64,000 nt of DNA from an uncultured euryarchaeote (lineage in GTDB: Archaea; Thermoplasmatota; Poseidoniia; Poseidoniales; Poseidoniaceae), in NCBI GenBank assembly GCA_937899865.1, contig CALBRH010000065.1, forward strand, positions 31,629-95,628. Direction: 5' to 3'. Shown here in pieces: positions 45,128 through 55,904 of this stretch (position 1 is its first letter; every line of letters begins with the position of its first letter). Under the pieces are notes generated by a model that saw only the letters and a program-made list of their open reading frames with translations, ran no database searches and was not told where the DNA came from. Made by a program: the position numbers and the translations under genes.

Positions 45128-46024
45128 TTAAAATATTAAGAATGGAAGAATCAAAACCCATCCAGTTGATACTGATACCTTGAATAGAATGTCCTGGAAT
45201 TTCTCCAATGATTCATTTCTCAACATCACATAAGCATTAGCAATTGCCATCACTAGAGCTGCACATAAGAACCAAACCTCTTCCATAGGGTCTGCTAAAG
45301 CGAAACATGCAAACCATGCAAGAGTAAGCTGTATACTGGTTCTTGTAGTTGCCTTTTCAGAAAACCGTGCAGGGAATGAATTGATGCCATGCTTTCGATC
45401 ACTCTCGACATCCATTCTAGCATAGTTGATGTCGAAAGCAGTAATCCAAAGTGTCACTCCAAGTGATATGAAGAAAATAGTCGGATACCACAACAGTCCG
45501 TTACCAAATCCATCCGTTCCAGTGATGGCTTGCCAGCCATGGAAATCACCTGCTATTGCTACCCAAGCACCCGCCGGAGCTAGTCCAAGACACAACCCAA
45601 GCCATAGGTGACAAAGCCAAGTGAATCGTTTGGTATAGGGATAGATTACGAATGTCAGAACAGGTAGCCAAGACATCATCAAAGCAACTTCATTAAGCAT
45701 TCCAGCACCAAGTAGCAGCATTCCTAAGAAAACCACTGCTAGAGTCCATGCTGTTGACATTGACATGGTGCCGCTGGCTAAATGGCGCTGTGCAGTACGG
45801 GGGTTTTCTGCATCGATGTTTCTGTCAATAATCCTGTTCAAGGTCATCGCAAGTCCTCTTGCTCCAACTGCTGCAACAAGGACCCACGCCAAATCCATTA
45901 GCGGCATTTCATCTGCTGGATAAAATTGCTCTACTGCTACGAAATATCCTATGATGATAAACGGTAGGGAGAATAACGTGTGTTCTATTTTTATGAATGA
46001 CATTATCTGTTTAATGTCCATCAA
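45128..46024 (-). CDS. UbiA-family prenyltransferase (MqnP-like)
   Basis: FIKIEHTLFSLPF, NRIIDRNIDAENPRT, YPYTKRFT, FDINYARMDVESD. Confidence 0.9.
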   Translation of the reverse strand: MMDIKQIMSFIKIEHTLFSLPFIIIGYFVAVEQFYPADEMPLMDLAWVLVAAVGARGLAMTLNRIIDRNIDAENPRTAQRHLASGTMSMSTAWTLAVVFLGMLLLGAGMLNEVALMMSWLPVLTFVIYPYTKRFTWLCHLWLGLCLGLAPAGAWVAIAGDFHGWQAITGTDGFGNGLLWYPTIFFISLGVTLWITAFDINYARMDVESDRKHGINSFPARFSEKATTRTSIQLTLAWFACFALADPMEEVWFLCAALVMAIANAYVMLRNESLEKFQDILFKVSVSTGWVLILPFLIF

Positions 46025-47973
46025 TCAATGCCCCCAAATTCAAGATGGACAGGCCACTCATATTTCGATAATTCTGGATGAGAAGACACTTTTTCTAGGG
46101 TTTCTTCAGAGTGTAATGTGATTGCAGGCCAACGTCTAACTCCAAATTTTCCACTAGGGATCGGAGTCGTTGCATCCCAACACAACCGTTGTCGTTCATC
46201 ATCGAAGAACAAGCCTCTACCGACATCAAATCTAGAGGTTAGTTGCCAAAGTAGCCTTCTGCGAGCCTTTTTGCAGTTCAAATCCATATCATCATTAGTG
46301 ATAAATAACCATCTTAGGCATTTTTTAGAATCCAATTGCCAAATTGATTTTTTCAATTGGGAAATTTGCGCTATTCTAGCCGCTTCAGCGGCATCATTGA
46401 ATTCCTCTAAGCCTGTTTTCGGTGAAGGAGTGCCGTCAATCTTTGTCGTGACAACTAGTATGTTGTTACGTAACATTCGAGCATCGGTTACTTCGGGTAT
46501 TTCCTTTACAAGTTCAATCTCGGTGAAAATATCTGACTCAGTTAGCCCCTGACGCCATTTAGGAGTCTCTTGTTTGAAGGAGCCTTCCAATGGTTCATTG
46601 TCTGACCTTGGGTCTCGTTGAGGGATAGTAGTAGCATCAATAATCAGTTTGTCATGTACGTTCTCAAATGGGCTTGCAGCATCTAAGGAATCAGCAACCA
46701 TGCCGTTCAGCACAATCACATCGTTTGCAATCTCGACCTTGTCATTAAGTGCATCAAGCAATGCTTCTAGATCTTTTGGATTTTGGTCAGGGTCTACGGT
46801 GATTATCGCCTTGAGGAACATCATTTGTCCAGCACCCAATAGTCCAAGTGCGGTTTTTCTTGCTTGTCTTGGATATCTCTGTTTAGCAGCGACTATTGCG
46901 AGATTGTGGAAACCAGTCTCTAGTGGCAAATGGACGCTCTTTACATCTCTATGTTGGAATTGCAGTACTGGCGAAAATTGTCTACCAATCGCTTCACCGA
47001 GGTATCCATCTTCCATCGGAGGCAGGCCAACAATTGTTGCTGGTAATACGGCATCCTTTCTTGCTGTGATTGCAGTTACATGCATTACCGGATATTGCCC
47101 GGTAAGTGAATAGAAGCCGAAGTGATCTCCGAATGGGCCTTCTAATCTTGTCTCGCCCGGTATACAATATCCTTCGATTACAATATCTGCTTCAGCCGGT
47201 ACCATCAAATCTTGTGTTAGTGCCTTGGTTATTCGCAAAGAGCGGCTACCAAGAATTCCAGCAAATTGGTATTCCGAAAGATTGTCAGGTAGTGGGGCAA
47301 TGGCAGAGAATATCAGTTCTGGAGGCCCGCCCATACATATTGCAACAGGCATTTTTTGTTTCTCGCCTGTTGCAGCAGCATGGTCTGCACCATGCTTGTG
47401 GATTTGCCAGTGCAAACCAATTTCCTTCTCAGAAAATACTTGAGCTCGATACATTCCGAGATTGTGCTCACCAGATTTTGGGTCTTTGGTTACTACAAGT
47501 GGTAAAGTGACGAAAGGCCCGCCATCCATTGGCCAGGTTTTGGGGATTGGAAGTTTGGTTAAATCGGTATCAAGCTTAACTCTTTGACACTTGCCTCGCC
47601 ATTTCTTTCTTGGCGGCATAGCCAGTGCGTCTCTTACCAGTGGCAGTGCTTTCCAAGGCGCTCTCATGTAAGCGCCTATGTCCGGTTTCATCATTGCAAC
47701 CATTCTATCGCCAACTTCGGTCTCATGCGAAGCACCAAGCGCTCTCAAAGTTCTGTCATTGCTACCAAAGATGTTCATTACGAGAGGAATTTTGGAAATT
47801 GACCCATCAGCAAGTCTTGGTTGTTCAAATAAAACTGCGGGCCCGTTATTCTTTACAAGGAGGTCTGCTATTGCTCCTGCTTCATACTCGACATCGACGG
47901 GCCGAGATATGCGCAGCATCTCGCCTCTTGACTCGAGGTGATGCATCCAGCGCTTCAGAGTCTTCCAAGCCAC
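46021..47973 (-). CDS. UbiD-family (prFMN-dependent) decarboxylase (MqnL-like)
   Basis: GPAVLFE, PKTWPMDGGPFVT, NLGMYR, EGPFGDHFGFYS, GLPPMED. Start likely GTG 47973 (MAWKTL); the track extension to 48207 overlaps the divergent gene. Confidence 0.9.
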   Translation of the reverse strand: MAWKTLKRWMHHLESRGEMLRISRPVDVEYEAGAIADLLVKNNGPAVLFEQPRLADGSISKIPLVMNIFGSNDRTLRALGASHETEVGDRMVAMMKPDIGAYMRAPWKALPLVRDALAMPPRKKWRGKCQRVKLDTDLTKLPIPKTWPMDGGPFVTLPLVVTKDPKSGEHNLGMYRAQVFSEKEIGLHWQIHKHGADHAAATGEKQKMPVAICMGGPPELIFSAIAPLPDNLSEYQFAGILGSRSLRITKALTQDLMVPAEADIVIEGYCIPGETRLEGPFGDHFGFYSLTGQYPVMHVTAITARKDAVLPATIVGLPPMEDGYLGEAIGRQFSPVLQFQHRDVKSVHLPLETGFHNLAIVAAKQRYPRQARKTALGLLGAGQMMFLKAIITVDPDQNPKDLEALLDALNDKVEIANDVIVLNGMVADSLDAASPFENVHDKLIIDATTIPQRDPRSDNEPLEGSFKQETPKWRQGLTESDIFTEIELVKEIPEVTDARMLRNNILVVTTKIDGTPSPKTGLEEFNDAAEAARIAQISQLKKSIWQLDSKKCLRWLFITNDDMDLNCKKARRRLLWQLTSRFDVGRGLFFDDERQRLCWDATTPIPSGKFGVRRWPAITLHSEETLEKVSSHPELSKYEWPVHLEFGGID

Positions 47974-48066
47974 ACACATCCCAGTACGATTATACCTTTG
48001 AACCTGCGTAGTAATCCATGTTATTACAACCGCTTCATTGATGGACTTATTGCAATTAGCAATAGC

Positions 48067-49305
48067 ATGGCAGGGGAGGAAGATATGGTTGATGTTTTGG
48101 TCATTGGCGCCGGTCCGGGCGGAGGCTCGGCTGCAATTCATTGTACGAGGGCCGGTCTTAGCACAGTGGTTGTGGAAGCAGACCCCGCTGTCGGAGTTCC
48201 AGTCCATTGTGGCGAATGTCTATCTGAAATGGCAGTCCAAAATTTAGATTTAGACATACCAGATCATGTTAAAGCGCTTGATGTAAAGGGAATTAGAGTA
48301 ATTTTCCCAGATGGGACAGAGAAGCTCCTTACAGAACCTGGTTACGTGCTAGAAAAGCATTTGTTTGAACAATGGTTAATGGATGAAGCTAGTCAATTAG
48401 GCTCGACGCTACATTTAGGTCATAAAGTAACTTCAATGGAAAGAGTTTACAATAGCAAAAATCAATTTTCCAATTGGAAAATTGACGGAAAGGGTGATAA
48501 TTTCCCAATTTACTGTAAGGCTGTGATCGATGCTTCAGGAGTTGCTGGTGCATCATCCAAATTGCTTGATATGGGTACAGAGGTTGAAGTAATTGCTGGG
48601 TTTCAATATGAAATGACAGATGTTGAGAACGATGGCTACTTAGATTTCTATTTGTGGCCTCAATACTCTCCTCATGGGTATGTTTGGATGATTCCAAAGC
48701 AGGGTGAAAGGGCTAATGTTGGTCTTGTAACCACAGACAAAAAAGGTGCAATAAAATATCTTGACAAGTTTATTCAGGATACATATTTGGATGGTAAACC
48801 AATCGTCAATCCTCAGTGGCGTGATAAATCGGTAAAAGTTAGACCATTTGGCGGAACAATACCAATTTCAGGTCCAAGAGAAGTGACCGTTCAAGACGGA
48901 GTAATACTAGTTGGGGATGCCGCAGGATTTACTTCACCATTGTTTGAAGGCGGTTCACATTTGGCCCTATGGTCTGGTCGTGAGGCTGCGAATGTCATAG
49001 CAAAGGCCATCGCATCCAATGATTTATCTCAGCAATCTTTGATGGCTTATGAGCGAGCTTGGAAGAAGAAATTCCCACCTTATCATAAAATTCTCAAAGG
49101 CAAAACTGCACTTTATGATTTAACTGATGAGGAGATGTCAATCATGGCGCAATGCTTGCCTAATGAGTTAGGCAACATGTCTGCACTACAAAAGCTGGGC
49201 ATTGGAATGAAAATTTTAGTGCGTAAGCCTGTTCTCTTGACTAAGAAAGTCATCTCGGTTTTACTTTCATTTGGCTATAGTAGAGCAAAGCATTTTGGCT
49301 GGTAA
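48067..49305 (+). CDS. Geranylgeranyl reductase-family FAD oxidoreductase
   Basis: DVLVIGAGPGG, PVHCGE, GYVWMIP, LVGDAAG..SPLFEGG. ATG 48067 preferred. Confidence 0.9.
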   Translation: MAGEEDMVDVLVIGAGPGGGSAAIHCTRAGLSTVVVEADPAVGVPVHCGECLSEMAVQNLDLDIPDHVKALDVKGIRVIFPDGTEKLLTEPGYVLEKHLFEQWLMDEASQLGSTLHLGHKVTSMERVYNSKNQFSNWKIDGKGDNFPIYCKAVIDASGVAGASSKLLDMGTEVEVIAGFQYEMTDVENDGYLDFYLWPQYSPHGYVWMIPKQGERANVGLVTTDKKGAIKYLDKFIQDTYLDGKPIVNPQWRDKSVKVRPFGGTIPISGPREVTVQDGVILVGDAAGFTSPLFEGGSHLALWSGREAANVIAKAIASNDLSQQSLMAYERAWKKKFPPYHKILKGKTALYDLTDEEMSIMAQCLPNELGNMSALQKLGIGMKILVRKPVLLTKKVISVLLSFGYSRAKHFGW

Positions 49306-49368
49306 AATACCAAAAATACAGGTTATTAAGGGAGATAAATCCTTCAAGAATCGGGAGTAGCGTAGTCT

Positions 49369-51873
49369 ATGTGGGAGGCAACACTATGGTTAGCGTGCCT
49401 TGCTGCAATAGTATTGATGGTCCGACCGTCAATGTATGAAAAATCAAAAATTGCTGCTTTAGCCCTACATTTGTGCCTTATATTGCCATTTTTTGCGTTG
49501 GTTAGTAGATTCATTGTAAACGATACTTCGATACAATATGTTGCGGCTTTTGGAGGGGAATCATTACCGTTCAAATATCGCTTTGCTGCAACATGGGCAG
49601 CTCGTGAGGGGCCTATTCTAATGTGGGTAGTTTGGTTAACTCTTCTAGCCTGGATTTGGCGTAAACCAATGATTGGTAAATCCACAGAATCCACTATTTC
49701 AAGAGATTTTAGACAGCGAATCATATACGGTTTTTCGTTAACATTGTTGCTGATTGCTATTGTTTTAAACCCCTTCAAAAAAACACCTGAAATCTTTTTT
49801 GGAGCAGGACTAAATGAATTATTGCAAACAGATTTGATGGTAATTCACCCACCAATTATTTTCCTTGCTTATTCATTTTGCATCTTTATTACAGCAATTT
49901 CTCTTTCTGCAATTTTCACTAATGATACTGCTGGTATTGATGATAGAATCCTCACTCTTGCTCGCCCAGGAATTCTAGTAACAACATTAGGAATAGGCCT
50001 TGGAGGGCTTTGGGCATACTTAATCCTTGATTGGGGTGGCTATTGGGCTTGGGATCCAGTTGAAACGGGTTCATTTTTACCTTGGTTGGCCTTAGTTGCT
50101 ATTTCGCATTTAAGAACAAGACCCGGCAAAGTTAGTGATAAAGGATGGATTGGTGCTGGATTAGTAGTTGGAGCTCTAGCATTATTTGCCACACTTGTAA
50201 CCCGGGCGGGAGGTGTTTGGGCATCTTCGGTTCATACCTTCGTAACTTCGGATAGTGGAACAGCACCTTCAGATGCCTTTTCTCGAATGATGTTGTTGAA
50301 AAGCGATGCTGTTGCTGGTGTTGAGATAATGACTTATTTGATGTTCATCTTGCTATTAATTGGTTCTTGGTTAATGCTTAACCGTCGCTCACATCACGGT
50401 ATTCAATCATCTAATTCTGCAATTATGTTACTCGTCCCAACTATTGGAGCTGCTTTAGCGATACTATTTGGAGCAGATTTGTATCATTGGATTCCAGATT
50501 TCATGTTTATTACTCTGTTAATTTGTTTTGTTGGATTAGATAAAATCTCCAATCCAAAAATTTCTATTGAATCTAAAGGATGGACATATTATTCTAATAA
50601 ATTTCCATCAGTTATTTTGTTACCATTACTTCTCTATTTGCTTATTCCACAGGTATTCTTTGTGTTATTGTTTATCATTTTCTTTACACCAATGTATTAT
50701 TCAAATAATGCAGCAAGTGAATGGATATGGGCTAGTTTAGGAATAATGCTTGCATTAGCAGGAGCTTGGTCAGGAATGATCGATGTAATGATTGCAGCAG
50801 TAGTTATATTGATTTTCCTTGCCCCATTTTTGTCCGATGATGGAGAGCCAGATTCAACAGTGGATTGGTTTACAAAAAGCAGATTGAAGCGTATTGCCTT
50901 ATGGTCTTCAGTAATGGTAGTCAGCCTATATCTTGTATTGACATTAGTAATTTTACTTGAAAGCATAGATTCAGTCAATTTCGATGCTCATGAATTGTAT
51001 GGAGCACCATTTTTATTCGGGTTTGGTGCAGCAATGCTAATTTATACTCGCAGAAACTCAAATCCTCACATTACAGTATATACATTAGTTACAGTTTTAC
51101 TATTTTCTTTGCTTATGGCAATATTCTATTCCGAAACATTGGGTTCAGATTCATCTACTGCACTCTCACAATATATCGACCGAGGTTTTGTCGCTTGGCT
51201 CTCATTTCCGATGCTACTAATTGTTGTAGGGCCTCTTGTTTTTGAGATTAAAGACCAAATTGACAAATCAAGTAAAACTGCATTTTGGACTAGAATACCG
51301 GTAAATGCTCATATTGTTCATTTAGGTCTTGTATTGTTACTTATTGGACATATTACTACCACTGTATTAGTTGATAGAGGGGATGCAAGTCATCGCATTA
51401 CTTTAGTTAAAGATGAAATTATTATCGACGGTGATTATGGTTTTGAATTCAATGAATTGATCGCTACTGAAGATGATTTGCAGGTTGGTGATGGTTTTGT
51501 CGGTGTGAAGATAACGGTATATGATTACCAAGACGGTGAATTCGATGAAATAGGAGTTGTTGAGCCTGGTATGCTAAGGTTTGACAGGACTGGAACTGCA
51601 CGTTCAGAAGTAGACGTATTGACACGTTGGTCAGGTGACATGGTGTTTATTTTTGATGGTACACAAGCTCAAGGTCTAATGCAACAAACCTCTTCAAATG
51701 GTCTTGATTCAATAAATTTAGTTAGGGTTACAGTTTATGATTTACCAGGTTCTCATCTGGTATGGATTGGCTGGTCATTAATGATGCTCGGTATGTTGGG
51801 TGTAACATTCAGTGGAATTTCTAAAAACAAGCAACTGGTCTCAAGAACAGTCAAATTGTCCGAGCAAGAATAA
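49369..51873 (+). CDS. ccmF: Cytochrome c maturation heme lyase CcmF/NrfE-family protein
   Basis: WAAREG, MVIHPP, WGGYWAWDPVETGS, SSVHTF, HIVHLG; many TM helices. Confidence 0.88.
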   Translation: MWEATLWLACLAAIVLMVRPSMYEKSKIAALALHLCLILPFFALVSRFIVNDTSIQYVAAFGGESLPFKYRFAATWAAREGPILMWVVWLTLLAWIWRKPMIGKSTESTISRDFRQRIIYGFSLTLLLIAIVLNPFKKTPEIFFGAGLNELLQTDLMVIHPPIIFLAYSFCIFITAISLSAIFTNDTAGIDDRILTLARPGILVTTLGIGLGGLWAYLILDWGGYWAWDPVETGSFLPWLALVAISHLRTRPGKVSDKGWIGAGLVVGALALFATLVTRAGGVWASSVHTFVTSDSGTAPSDAFSRMMLLKSDAVAGVEIMTYLMFILLLIGSWLMLNRRSHHGIQSSNSAIMLLVPTIGAALAILFGADLYHWIPDFMFITLLICFVGLDKISNPKISIESKGWTYYSNKFPSVILLPLLLYLLIPQVFFVLLFIIFFTPMYYSNNAASEWIWASLGIMLALAGAWSGMIDVMIAAVVILIFLAPFLSDDGEPDSTVDWFTKSRLKRIALWSSVMVVSLYLVLTLVILLESIDSVNFDAHELYGAPFLFGFGAAMLIYTRRNSNPHITVYTLVTVLLFSLLMAIFYSETLGSDSSTALSQYIDRGFVAWLSFPMLLIVVGPLVFEIKDQIDKSSKTAFWTRIPVNAHIVHLGLVLLLIGHITTTVLVDRGDASHRITLVKDEIIIDGDYGFEFNELIATEDDLQVGDGFVGVKITVYDYQDGEFDEIGVVEPGMLRFDRTGTARSEVDVLTRWSGDMVFIFDGTQAQGLMQQTSSNGLDSINLVRVTVYDLPGSHLVWIGWSLMMLGMLGVTFSGISKNKQLVSRTVKLSEQE

Positions 51874-51891
51874 TGGTATTTTTAACCGAGA

Positions 51892-51915
51892 TATTATGAA
51901 GGGGAGGTCAGTCGG
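51892..51915 (+). promoter_or_regulatory. Putative promoter core of the FKBP gene
   Basis: TATTATGAAGGGGAGGTCAGTCGG; separate GGAGG SD before ATG 51943. Confidence 0.6.
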
Positions 51916-51942
51916 GCGAATGTCCCTAAAGGAGGATATATC

Positions 51943-52776
51943 ATGGAAGATGGAGCAATAATTCATGTTGATTACGACTTATTCAGCGGAGAAACTGGTG
52001 ACTTGATTGAAACTACAAGAGAGGAAATTGCCAAAGAGCATGAAATGCACCAAGAAGGTAGAAGCTATTCTCCAATGGTATGCGTAGTTGGAAATGGTAA
52101 TCTAATCGCTGGTTTTGAATCCGCACTAAAAGAGGCTAAGGTTGGCAAAGAAGTTGAAGTTGAAATAGCGCCAGTTGATGCTTACGGGGAAAAAGATTCT
52201 ACTCTTGTAGAAACAATTAGTATTGACAAGTTGCGTAGAGCAGTACAAGATCCAAATTCATTGTATCTTGGTGCACCAGTAAACATCAATGGTAGGCAAG
52301 GATATTTGTCTTATTTGGCAGCAGGCCGAGCAAGAATCGATTACAATCACCCAATGGCTGGTAAGACTTTGAAATATGTATTCACTGTTATCAAGGAAGT
52401 CAAGGGCAAGGAAGACAAGGTCCTTGGATTGTTAGAATCAAATTCAGGGCATTCTGGCTTTGAAGTATCTTTCAAAGGAGATGACTTATCAATAGTTTTG
52501 CCCCAAGCAATGCTGTTTGATACTAATGCTGCAATGCTAAAGTTCCGCTTAGTTACTATGATTAGAGACGCTGTCGAATGTGGCAAGGTTTCTTTTGTTG
52601 AAGTTCACGAACCAAGAATCATTCCTGACCAAGACGATGACGAAGGCGATGAGGGTGAAGACCTATCGAAACTTTCAGTCAGTGACTTGAAAGAGCGCTT
52701 GAAGGCTAAGGGTCTACCAGTTGGCGGCAAGAAGGCAGATTTAATCGCAAGATTACAAGATGGCGAAGAAGAGTAA
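51943..52776 (+). CDS. Long-type FKBP peptidyl-prolyl isomerase (SlyD-like) with C-terminal SAP-like domain
   Basis: VDY...LIETT, GFESAL, PVDAYG, DYNHPMAGKTLKY; tail LSVSDLKERLKAKGLPVGGKKADLIARL. Confidence 0.9.
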   Translation: MEDGAIIHVDYDLFSGETGDLIETTREEIAKEHEMHQEGRSYSPMVCVVGNGNLIAGFESALKEAKVGKEVEVEIAPVDAYGEKDSTLVETISIDKLRRAVQDPNSLYLGAPVNINGRQGYLSYLAAGRARIDYNHPMAGKTLKYVFTVIKEVKGKEDKVLGLLESNSGHSGFEVSFKGDDLSIVLPQAMLFDTNAAMLKFRLVTMIRDAVECGKVSFVEVHEPRIIPDQDDDEGDEGEDLSKLSVSDLKERLKAKGLPVGGKKADLIARLQDGEEE

Positions 52777-52831
52777 TTTGCTACTATATTCTAACCTAAT
52801 ATTCATCAATTATAGGTTGTAGGTAGTTAAC

Positions 52832-54238
52832 ATGGTGACAGCAGCAGAAATTGAGGCTCTGTTCGAAGATGATGAGAAATCTCTTCATCCAAGTATCTTT
52901 TCACCTTTGGAAAAAGTAGCGATATGGTTTGCTGTAGCAGTTTTTACCATAGTATCATTCGGGCTAATATTTGCCAATGATTTCTTCTGGACTGACGGTT
53001 TGAAACCAATTGTCTGGGATCCTATTGTCAAAGACGCTGGAACAGCAGGTGATGCTGGATATTCTCCTGAAAACACTGCATTATATGCTACAACTGTACT
53101 GATGTGTGTAGTTATTTTACAGGCAATATTTAGGAAAATGGACTTGCCTGCTGATGATAGAATGATGTTTGCATTAATCTCATGGGTAGTACTTGCTCCA
53201 GTGTTAAGGGTGTTAGAAGATGCAGATTTCTTTAATTCCGATTTAGATTGGTTGTTAATTTCTCCAATTATTCATCTTCACCTTGCTCTTTGGCTTGTAT
53301 TTACAGCGTTTATCTCACATCAATTAGCCAGCAAATGGGACGACTCAACCGAAGATGATGATCGAGAAAAGAGCCGCACAGTACTATTTATTGTCCTGGG
53401 ATTACTGCTATTTTTGCATTGGAGTTTATTGTATCAGCCAAGTTATTCTTCTCATCCAGATATCGAAATGTTTTGGATAATTTTGAGTTTCCCAATCGCA
53501 TTGTATTGTTTGTTTTGGATTTTAGTACGTACCGCTGATTGGCCTGCCCTAACAAGAGGATTGATTGCTTTTGGAAGTGCAACCTCTGTAATGGGCGTGT
53601 TTCATTGGTTCCAATTCATTGCTTCTCCTTGGCAACAAGAGAGTGGGCGAGTTGTTGATTCACAACCCTTGTGGCCAGCATTGATTGTGTTAGGTATTCC
53701 TGCGTTGGTTTGCTACTATCTCTATCGCTACGGTAAAGATGATGCAAGACATATGAAAATGACAGATTATGAGCCAGGTATTCTACCAAATGATATCACT
53801 CTAAAATCATGGGAAGAAGCTGGTGATAAGGTGGCAAAACACCCTGTTGAGCAATTATCCCGTAAGGCATTATTGGCTAACCCAATGGTCTTAGCAATGG
53901 TATTTGGTCAGTTATGTGATGGTGTTGCAACAATGGTTGGGGTCGATTTATTTGGCTATGGTGAGAAACACCCTGTCAGCGATGCTGTGATACAGTTCGG
54001 CATAGGAATTGCTGATTCTATGGGTATTGAGCCATTGATGGATTCCGCTAATCCTCCAGGTGCATGGTTATTTGCTGTTGTCAAAGCCTGTTTGGTCGCG
54101 GCAATTGTTTGGCTATTTGTTGAGATGCGAGTCGAAAGACGCCAGATTCATATGAGGATGCTAATTGTTCTCGCTGTACTAATTGTAGGATTGGCGCCTG
54201 GTTTGAGAGATATTGGCAGACTGACCCTTGATGTGTGA
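52832..54238 (+). CDS. DUF63-family archaeal membrane protein
   Basis: [33 protein letters not shown]...[14 protein letters not shown]. Confidence 0.75.
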   Translation: MVTAAEIEALFEDDEKSLHPSIFSPLEKVAIWFAVAVFTIVSFGLIFANDFFWTDGLKPIVWDPIVKDAGTAGDAGYSPENTALYATTVLMCVVILQAIFRKMDLPADDRMMFALISWVVLAPVLRVLEDADFFNSDLDWLLISPIIHLHLALWLVFTAFISHQLASKWDDSTEDDDREKSRTVLFIVLGLLLFLHWSLLYQPSYSSHPDIEMFWIILSFPIALYCLFWILVRTADWPALTRGLIAFGSATSVMGVFHWFQFIASPWQQESGRVVDSQPLWPALIVLGIPALVCYYLYRYGKDDARHMKMTDYEPGILPNDITLKSWEEAGDKVAKHPVEQLSRKALLANPMVLAMVFGQLCDGVATMVGVDLFGYGEKHPVSDAVIQFGIGIADSMGIEPLMDSANPPGAWLFAVVKACLVAAIVWLFVEMRVERRQIHMRMLIVLAVLIVGLAPGLRDIGRLTLDV

Positions 54239-54293
54239 TACACTACTTGAATCGTTAAATGTCGAGTCCTCTTGCCCTGTTATGAGGGGTACT

Positions 54294-55904
54294 ATGGATA
54301 GATTGCCAACACGGGTAAATCGAGCAGATTCAGAGTATCAAATGCGAAAGGAACACAATACTTCGTTAATATCAACTCTTCGTGAACGTTTGGATGTAGC
54401 ATCGAATGGTGGTGGAGAGAAATATGTCAGCAGACATCGTGGCCGAGGTAAATTGCTTCCAAGAGAGAGAATAGAGCGTATTATCGATCCAGGAACTGCC
54501 TTTCTCGAACTCTCACCTCTTGCCGCTTTTGGCTTGTATGATGGCAGAGCACACAGTGCTGGAATAGTCACTGGTGTTGGAATGGTACACGGAAGAGAGT
54601 GTCTATTTGTTGCCAATGATGCAACAGTCAAAGGTGGTTCATATTATCCAATGACGGTAAAGAAGCATATTCGTGCTCAAACAGTTGCCCATGAAAACCA
54701 TCTTCCATGTATCTATTTAGTCGATTCAGGCGGAGCATTCTTACCAATGCAGGATGAAGTATTTCCTGACATAACGCATTTTGGACGAATTTTTAGAAAC
54801 CAAGCAAGAATGTCCGGAGATGGAATCGCTCAAATCGCCGCTGTATTGGGTTCATGTACTGCAGGAGGCGCTTATGTTCCAGCAATGTCAGATGAATCAA
54901 TTATTGTCAAAGGCAATGGGACAATATTTCTTGCAGGGCCACCACTTGTCAAAGCAGCAACGGGAGAGGTAGTTACTGCTGAAGAATTAGGGGGAGCAGA
55001 TGTGCATACTGCTCAATCAGGAGTTGCAGATCACTTTGCCGAAGATGAAGCAGAAGCACTTAGGTTGGTTAGGAATATAGTTGAGAATTTGGGTCCAAGA
55101 GAATTAGCTCCTGCAGCAGGAGAGGTGCCAGAAGAGCCAGCTCATGATGTTGAAGACTTGCTTGGTTTAATTCCTGTAGATAACCGTACTCCTGTTGATA
55201 TCAAGGAAATCATCGCTAGAATTGTTGATGGTTCAAGATTCCATGAATTCAAAGCAAGATATGGTACTACGCTAATTTGTGGTTTTGCTCACATTCATGG
55301 CCATAAGGTTGGTATTGTTGCCAACAATGGGATTTTGTTTTCTGAATCATCTATGAAGGGCGCTCATTTCGTTGAATTGTGTGGTCAGCGTGGCATTCCT
55401 TTGGTATTTTTACAAAATATTACTGGGTTTATGGTTGGTAAAGCATACGAGGCCGGAGGTATTGCCAAAGATGGTGCTAAGTTGGTTACTGCAGTATCAT
55501 GTGTTAACGTACCTAAGTTCACTGTAATTATTGGCGGTTCACATGGTGCCGGTAATTACGGAATGTGCGGTAGAGCATACGACCCACGATTCTTGTTTAT
55601 GTGGCCAAATAGCCGGATTTCTGTCATGGGCGGCCCTCAAGCAGCAGATGTTCTAACTACAGTCAAGCAAGACCAGCGTGCTAGGGAAGGCCTTCCACCA
55701 ATGGAAGGTGGCGAATTAGAACAATTTAGAAAACCTATTCTTGATAAGTATGAAACAGAAGGCAGTCCTTACTATTCTACTGCAAGATTGTGGGATGACG
55801 GAATAATCGATCCAAGAGATACCCGTGATGTACTTGGGTTATGTTTGGCCGCAGCGAGAAATGCACCATTGCCAGATGATAGATTTGGCGTATTTAGGAT
55901 GTGA
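54294..55904 (+). CDS. Methylcrotonoyl-CoA carboxylase carboxyltransferase (beta) subunit
   Basis: [74 protein letters not shown] 54294 follows GAGGGG. Confidence 0.9.
   Translation: MDRLPTRVNRADSEYQMRKEHNTSLISTLRERLDVASNGGGEKYVSRHRGRGKLLPRERIERIIDPGTAFLELSPLAAFGLYDGRAHSAGIVTGVGMVHGRECLFVANDATVKGGSYYPMTVKKHIRAQTVAHENHLPCIYLVDSGGAFLPMQDEVFPDITHFGRIFRNQARMSGDGIAQIAAVLGSCTAGGAYVPAMSDESIIVKGNGTIFLAGPPLVKAATGEVVTAEELGGADVHTAQSGVADHFAEDEAEALRLVRNIVENLGPRELAPAAGEVPEEPAHDVEDLLGLIPVDNRTPVDIKEIIARIVDGSRFHEFKARYGTTLICGFAHIHGHKVGIVANNGILFSESSMKGAHFVELCGQRGIPLVFLQNITGFMVGKAYEAGGIAKDGAKLVTAVSCVNVPKFTVIIGGSHGAGNYGMCGRAYDPRFLFMWPNSRISVMGGPQAADVLTTVKQDQRAREGLPPMEGGELEQFRKPILDKYETEGSPYYSTARLWDDGIIDPRDTRDVLGLCLAAARNAPLPDDRFGVFRM

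Noticed and set aside
46118-47510. Three antisense ORFs (134-154 aa) opposite UbiD
   Set aside because: Fully nested opposite a conserved gene, Ser-rich, with no recognisable motifs.
47974-48207. N-terminal extensions of the track ORFs 46021..48207 and 47938..49305, implying overlapping divergent genes
   Set aside because: Homology-like sequence starts at 47973 (minus) and 48067 (plus), leaving a normal divergent spacer.
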